Of a stretch of 64,000 nt of DNA, positions 57,831 to 64,000 are shown one piece after another (the stretch's first letter is position 1; every line of letters starts with the position of its first letter). The notes beneath the pieces are model-generated. The model had not been told where the DNA came from. It did not search any database and saw only the letters and a program-made list of their open reading frames with translations. Both the position numbers and the translations under genes were made by a program. Location: contig OZ059895.1 in assembly GCA_964057225.1 (NCBI GenBank), positions 13,950,001 through 14,014,000 of the forward strand, written 5' to 3'. Source of the DNA: Auanema rhodensis (lineage: Eukaryota > Animalia > Nematoda).

Positions 57831-58758
57831 ATGAATCTTATGGAAGTTATCAAAATTGCCTCAACTGAGGAAAAATCCATAGAATTTTTGCAAAATTATA
57901 ACATTTTGCCAAAAGAAAAAATGTGCTGCGCTGAAAATATGAAGTTTATGATGAGTGGAAGAGCTCGTTTCCGCTGTAGAAGATGTAAGAAAGAGAAATC
58001 TTTAAAATCTTCAACATTTTTGGAAGGTTATTAATATAAAAAGACATATTATAACAAAAAAAATTAATTTAGGAAGTAAGCTTAAATACAGCACAATTAT
58101 TATGTTCATTTATGCATGGGCAAAAAATTTTCTCAACTGGAAGTTTGCTCATGAAGAACTCGGTATTGGTTCCATGCCGACCTTTGTTGATTGGACCAAC
58201 TATTTGAGAGAAGCGTGCACCTTCAAGCTTCTGATGAACAAGGAAAAAATTGGAGGACCCGGAAAAACAGTGGAGATTGATGAAACTTTAGTTGCGCGTA
58301 GGAAGTATAATACGGGTGAGGTAATTAACCAAATTTGGGTTTTTGGGGGCATATGTAGGTAAACTAGGGAATGCTTTCTTTATAGGGTTGAAATTAGAAG
58401 CGCAGCGCTTTTAGAAAACTCTATAAAGGAGGCTATTCATGAGGGGACCACTATCATTTCGGATTGTTGGAGGGGTTATATGGGTATAAGTAAGATGGGT
58501 TTGGGGTACAAGCATCTAACCGTCAATCATTCGACAAATTTTGTCGATCCTGACACTGGTGCTTGTACAAATATGGTAGAGGGGTTATGGTCTCAAGCCA
58601 AGCGCAAACTTAAAGCTATGAATGGGGTACCTGAGCATTTTATTGAATCTTATTTATGTGAATTTGTGTATAGACAAAAAAATAAGAATAATGACATTTT
58701 TGATTGTATTTTAAAAGATATTGCTTTTTTTGCTGAAAATAACTTTGAATTAGAATAA
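57831..58758 (+). mobile_element. Merlin/IS1595 (ISXO2-type) DDE transposase with one intron and one premature stop
   Basis: IGGPGKTVEIDET, RKYN.G, WVFGG, GTTIISDCWRGY, HLTVNHS.NFVDP.TG..TN.VEGLWS, YL.EF; intron 58027-58072; TAA at 58360-58362. Confidence 0.95.
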
Positions 58759-58843
58759 ATATAATTATATTCAAAATCGATGTTTATATTTTGATATTGA
58801 AGTATGCTTCTATACATTGGACACTCCCGCTGTATTAGATTTA

Positions 58844-59330
58844 CAGTCCTGTGCGAAATAGTTGGGACACCCCTATGTTAGAGGCCCCAGAATTCCCATT
58901 CAAACTACAAAAAAAATTTTTTTTTTAATTTCAAAAATTTTGCGTTTAGTTTATATTCAGTCAAAATATATGTTAATATAATGAAAACTGATTTCAATGA
59001 GATTTCTAAATTTATGAGGAAAAATAGTGTTTTTTGACTATTTTGAATAATCCTTCTTAATATAACAAAATTTGAGATTAGAAACAAGTTAATTCATTAA
59101 AAATATCTTTAAATCATTCTGAGCACAGAGCTCGATCAATAACCAAGTTTTTCCTATGGCATAGATTCAAGACTTCAGAAAATACTTTTAAACATGATTT
59201 TTAAAATTTTGAAGATTTTTTCTGAATTCATTATCGTTTTTTAACACCCAAAATATATTTTTTCTGAATTTTTGTAGTTTGTCTGAGAAGGTATAAGTGT
59301 TTCTAGTGAGTGTCCCAACTATTTGGACTG
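58844..59330. mobile_element. 487-bp Tc1/mariner-type MITE
   Basis: TA|CAGTCCtgtgcgAAATAGTTGGGACAC ... GTGTCCCAACTATTTGGACTG|TA; TA target duplication and CAGT termini. Confidence 0.88.
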
Positions 59331-60104
59331 TATATGCAGTGCCCAAAAACGAACTTTCTGATAAAATATAAACTTTTTCGTCTCATCTTCTTCTTATTAT
59401 TCAGAAAACTTTAATTATTCTGATAAAATTTTGAGGCAGCGCATTAGCATAAGCATGCGCCACAGAGGAGGGTGGTGGCAATTACTAAACAAGCGCCTAA
59501 AAATAATCTAATTTATAAATTTTAAATATATTTTTTAAAAATTAGAATTTTTCAAAAGGGGGCGGGAATCAATGCAATGATTCGGCTACGGCTCTAGTGC
59601 ATTCGTATTCTAAAGCTTATAACACGTGTGTCATCTGTAATGCAGTTGAGTAGGTTAAACCAGTAAGAAATCGTTATCATCTAGGGATCGGTTCTAAAAG
59701 TTAAAAAGAGGATGAAGTATTTGGAATTCGGAAATGTTTTCAATGTACAAAGCTTTCAGATATGTTATAACAATTTGTTATAATCATTGATGATTGATAG
59801 ATAAAAGATAAAATGATATAGAATGAAAACTATTCTAAAATAATAAAAAGAAGTGTAAAAGAGATTTTTGAACTGAAAATATTTAATTTTAAATAATAAA
59901 AATATTATTTTTTTGATCATTTTCTTATTTATTCTTCCATATTTTTTTATATATGTAAACAATAGAAATAAAAGAAGGATTGTTATGGTATAATACCAAA
60001 ATATCAATTTAATTATTTTCTATTCAAAAAAGAAAATTATGGTTTTTAATAAAAAAAAATAAAATTTTCTTCTAGATTTGAACACAGTTATTACATCTTG
60101 TAAC

Positions 60105-61243
60105 ATGTATATATTTGTTATAACTCAAGATAAACAAGAACTTCCAACTATTGCATACTTGTCTGCTGTTAGTGTAAGTTTGAAAATTTAAAGTTTTAAA
60201 CTTAATTTCATATAAAAATATTTGTTATAGTTAGGAATTATTGGTGTTATATTGAATATTTATACAATTTATATGTTAACTAAAATAAAACAAAATATAT
60301 TTACTCGATTAATAGGTATACATCAATTACTTACATGTTATATTAATTTAGCTCATACACTATGGATTCCATTAAAGTTACTTGTGTAAGATTTGTTTTT
60401 CTTTTTTTCAAATATTTGTTTTTTCTTTTTAGATTTGAAGAAGATTATTTCTTAATTGATACAGCTATATCAACTATTGTTCATTTCTCATATAGTTGTT
60501 GTATAAGTATTGTATTTCTATTAACATTTAATCGTTTTCTTTATTTTGTTTTTAATAAAGCTTCACAAGCTTTAGATAGAAATAAGTTAAATTTATTATT
60601 AGTCATTCTATCATATGGATCTGGAAATGCTATTGTTTATCCTTTTGGTATTGTTTATTTTATTTATTTATTGCATAATTTTACAATTAAAGTATGTGCA
60701 AGACCATATTTGGAAACAGATACAATGTCATTTGAAGTTTATCATAACCAACATAATCCTATTTGTTATTTTCATAATGCTATTAATTTAATATTATATA
60801 GTATATTAGCTATTATACTTCCTATTACTTTAGATATTATTACTTATATTTATCTTAAAAGGGTATTTCTTTTTATTTCTTTTTAATATTAATTATTATT
60901 ATTAAGGCTACTGAAGTTAAATCAATAAATACTGAATTACTCAATTTCGAACAGGCAATACTCGTCTTGAAAACGGTTTCTTCTTCTTCTTCTTCTTCTT
61001 TTATTCTATATTATTCAATATTTTCAGTGTTTTTCATTACATTTTCTACATTCCTTTAATTTATTATTTTACTTTATTTCTAAATATAGAACTTTAAATG
61101 ATGTACAATATTTTATTATTACAACTATTACATGGCTTATACAAAATATATTTGAAAGTATTCTTTTTATAATATTTATGAATACATCATTAAAATTAAA
61201 TAAAAAATTTGTAGAACAATATACAACAGCTACTTTATATTGA
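60105..61243 (+). CDS. Serpentine chemoreceptor (rhodopsin-like class, srx-like)
   Basis: Spliced hydrophobic ORF: LGIIGVILNIYTIY, NIFTRLI, LLTFNRF (DRY-equivalent), ILPITLDIITY; family assignment tentative. Confidence 0.72.
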
Positions 61244-63645
61244 ATAAATATTTTTCTAATTTTTTTAAAATTTTAAATGTAAAACAAATACGATTGGAGC
61301 ACTGTTGAAACAGTTTTAGAATTTCAAATTACTTGATACTGTTTAATGTTTAACTCAAATTAATATTTATATTAAATACATTATTTTCATAATAATTAAA
61401 GAATTAGAGATCAATAGATTATTAGGAATGTTAGAGAGTTTTGTATCACTTGATAATATGGATTTGTTCTATTCGCATAGTGCACTTATATGGTTGTAAG
61501 ACATGTTAGGATTACAGAGAATAACATAAGGAGGAGTCACACTAGAAACAATGCTATTTGCTTGAGATATGTTGTAGTTACATATATGTATATAGTTAGT
61601 TAAATCTTTAAATATCTTAAACAGATAATCTTAAATAAGAATTTAATGTGAATATTGGATACATGTAAAGTTAAAAAGGTTTAAACATTGTTTGTTTAAA
61701 GTTTTTGTATTTTTACTTCAAATTCTTATCAATTCGTTTTCTTTATCTTCATTCTCTTTTTAAGTTAACTATATTATATAATACTAATAAAGTTTTAAGT
61801 AATAGCCTGCTTCTTCTGTTGTACCAGCCATGCTACTATGATGAAGAGCATCTCACGCATTACAACTTGTTTCCTCCAATGCAGTATTCAGAACACGGAT
61901 GCGAGTCATCGGAAATATCCAGAATTTCTTCATATTTCAAGTGCCTATTGACTCGGAGGAGCTGACCTAGAATGCAACTTAATGATCATTAATTCTCAGA
62001 AATATGTTCTAATATAATTCTTTTATCGTCATTATTGTTAGTTAAGCTTCTTTCTAAACTCATTCATTGAAACTGATTTATTTGGCTAACATCTATTCTT
62101 CGTTATATGTTCATCAGCATCTATAGTACAGTTGGCAATTAAATGATCACATTTCGTTTCAAGTTCTTTCTAATCTTTTCCAACCTTTTCGGAATGCATC
62201 TGTAATGATGTTACTGCGCCACCCTCGATGCATAGTCATCTCTCCCTTGTAGTTCTCTCTCTCTTTCTTCCTTTATTAGATTTTTGAGAAGGATTTTCCG
62301 TTATTTGTTATACATAACTGTATATCCTTTGAAATATTATTTGAGTGTTGATCGAGATTGAAAAACTGAACTTTTGAAAGAAATTATCAAACTATAGGTT
62401 CAATCTTCGTCATGTATTCAATATTATTCTAATTATAATCTGTAAATAATGAAGTTTATTAGATATATATTAGTTAAAATAGATTTTATATAAAGTATAT
62501 CAGAGAAAAACTATGAAAATACTAATCCATTCCATCTATTGATAATTCATGGAAATCAACTTCATTTACTTATCATTACAGCATATTATCTTTTACATGC
62601 ATTCTATTGCGGAAAAACAAAAATTCTTTTACAATGAAAAGTTGTTAAGTTTGTTCATCGTATTCCATTCAGGTGGTTAAAAACCTCCAATTATTTTCTC
62701 TGGAAGTTATCAAATGAAGTTGTTTATCATCAAGCATCTTCAACTTATTTATTTTTAAATAATTCTTTAAAAAATACAAATAATAATGAAAATAACTTCA
62801 AAGTCTTTGTAAAGTCTCTCCTTTTTTCTTTTAAAGTTTATAAATTAAGAATATTCTATCTGAATAAATATGTATAAGCAATACATTCAAATAAATAAAT
62901 AATTTTATATTTCAAACTGATCAGGACTATGCTAACCGGGTGGTCAGATCAGGATTGCTAGGAGTTTTTCTGAAGCGGAGCCGACCCAGATACAGATATC
63001 GGAGTGGTATATCAAAAGATTTAATTTTCTAAAATTAATTTGATTACAAAATGAATAATTAGATGAAATATTTAGGTATTGAGTATGTCTGCTGACAACT
63101 GTCAGGACCAAGTCTGATTTGGTACGGAAATTGTGAACATAATTCTAATATAAAATTGAGAAATGATAATAGTGTGTATATCATATACATATAATTATAA
63201 TTTTATTTATAAATATAAGAAATATAAAAAAAAAAGAAATAATTCGGATGAAAAACTCAGAAGACACCATACCTGGCTGCCTCTATGAATGACAGCAAGA
63301 GAGATCAGACGAACATAAGACTTAAGAGAAGGGATGACATCTTCAATCTAGTAGACAAGATTCACATATAACTAACTAACTAATCATATTGAATTAATAG
63401 TTTTTATCATAAAACTGTGAATTTATATTAATAGACGTTGCCGACAAAGCGGCATGTTGTAGAACATAAAGTTCAAACTTGTACAACAGATGGATGATGA
63501 ACTGTTCAGTGGTTATGTAATGATCGGAGAGTACGTAAAGAGTTAAAACAACAGAAGGATCTGTTGCTTGTTGCTGGCCTAACAGATAGATATATGAGGT
63601 AGATGGGTACGAAGAAAAGATAGTACACGTGCCCATCTCATCCGG

Positions 63646-63659
63646 TCTCTCTCTCTCTC

Positions 63660-63694
<35 letters not shown>

Positions 63695-63735
63695 CTCTCT
63701 CTCTCTCTCTCTCTGTTTCTCTCTCTCTCTCTCTC

Positions 63736-63780
<45 letters not shown>
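63646..63780. repeat. Compound (CT)n microsatellite with periodic GTTT interruptions
   Basis: Seen directly. Confidence 0.95.
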
Positions 63781-63781
<1 letters not shown>

Positions 63782-64000
63782 AGCTGTGTATAGGTCTAAT
63801 CTAGTTATCAGACAGTCCGTTTGTTATATAAAGAGTAGAAAATCTTGAGCAGATCTCCATATAAAAGGTTAACCGACAACACAAATCCTCTAGAAAGTTT
63901 CATAGATAGTAAAACAGATTGATAACTATTTACACTAATTAATATATATATAGTAGTAAATCTAATTAACTATATTAAATATATATATAAATATATAATA

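Overview
Eukaryotic genomic DNA from a rhabditid nematode with a compact, AT-rich genome. This is inferred from close similarity to C. elegans HSP-10, CUC-1 and other proteins, very short (~40-50 nt) introns and operon-like gene spacing. Positions 1-44.3 kb are packed with intron-rich housekeeping genes: citrate synthase, a head-to-head hsp-10/hsp-60 pair, a minus-strand cluster wip-1/mdt-11/C2H2 gene/COQ10, shugoshin, NEK10, larp-1, a MICU, CDK2AP1/DPH7, elongin B/UTP25, a DUF3105 protein, cuc-1, HDHD3, rnf-113, a NUPR1/p8-like gene and neuferricin. Beyond ~44.7 kb the sequence becomes repeat-rich. It holds a catalytically dead M1 aminopeptidase, two serpentine chemoreceptors, a BEL/Pao retrotransposon remnant, a Merlin (IS1595-like) transposase with one premature stop, and two MITEs. 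The most striking structure is at 37.2-38.2 kb: an inverted, mosaic duplicate of rnf-113. It combines old diverged flanks, an essentially perfect 630-bp inverted arm, an exact in-frame deletion of most of the RING finger, and a captured first exon of the neighbouring NUPR1-like gene. Gene models were spliced by eye, so internal exon boundaries need RNA-seq confirmation.
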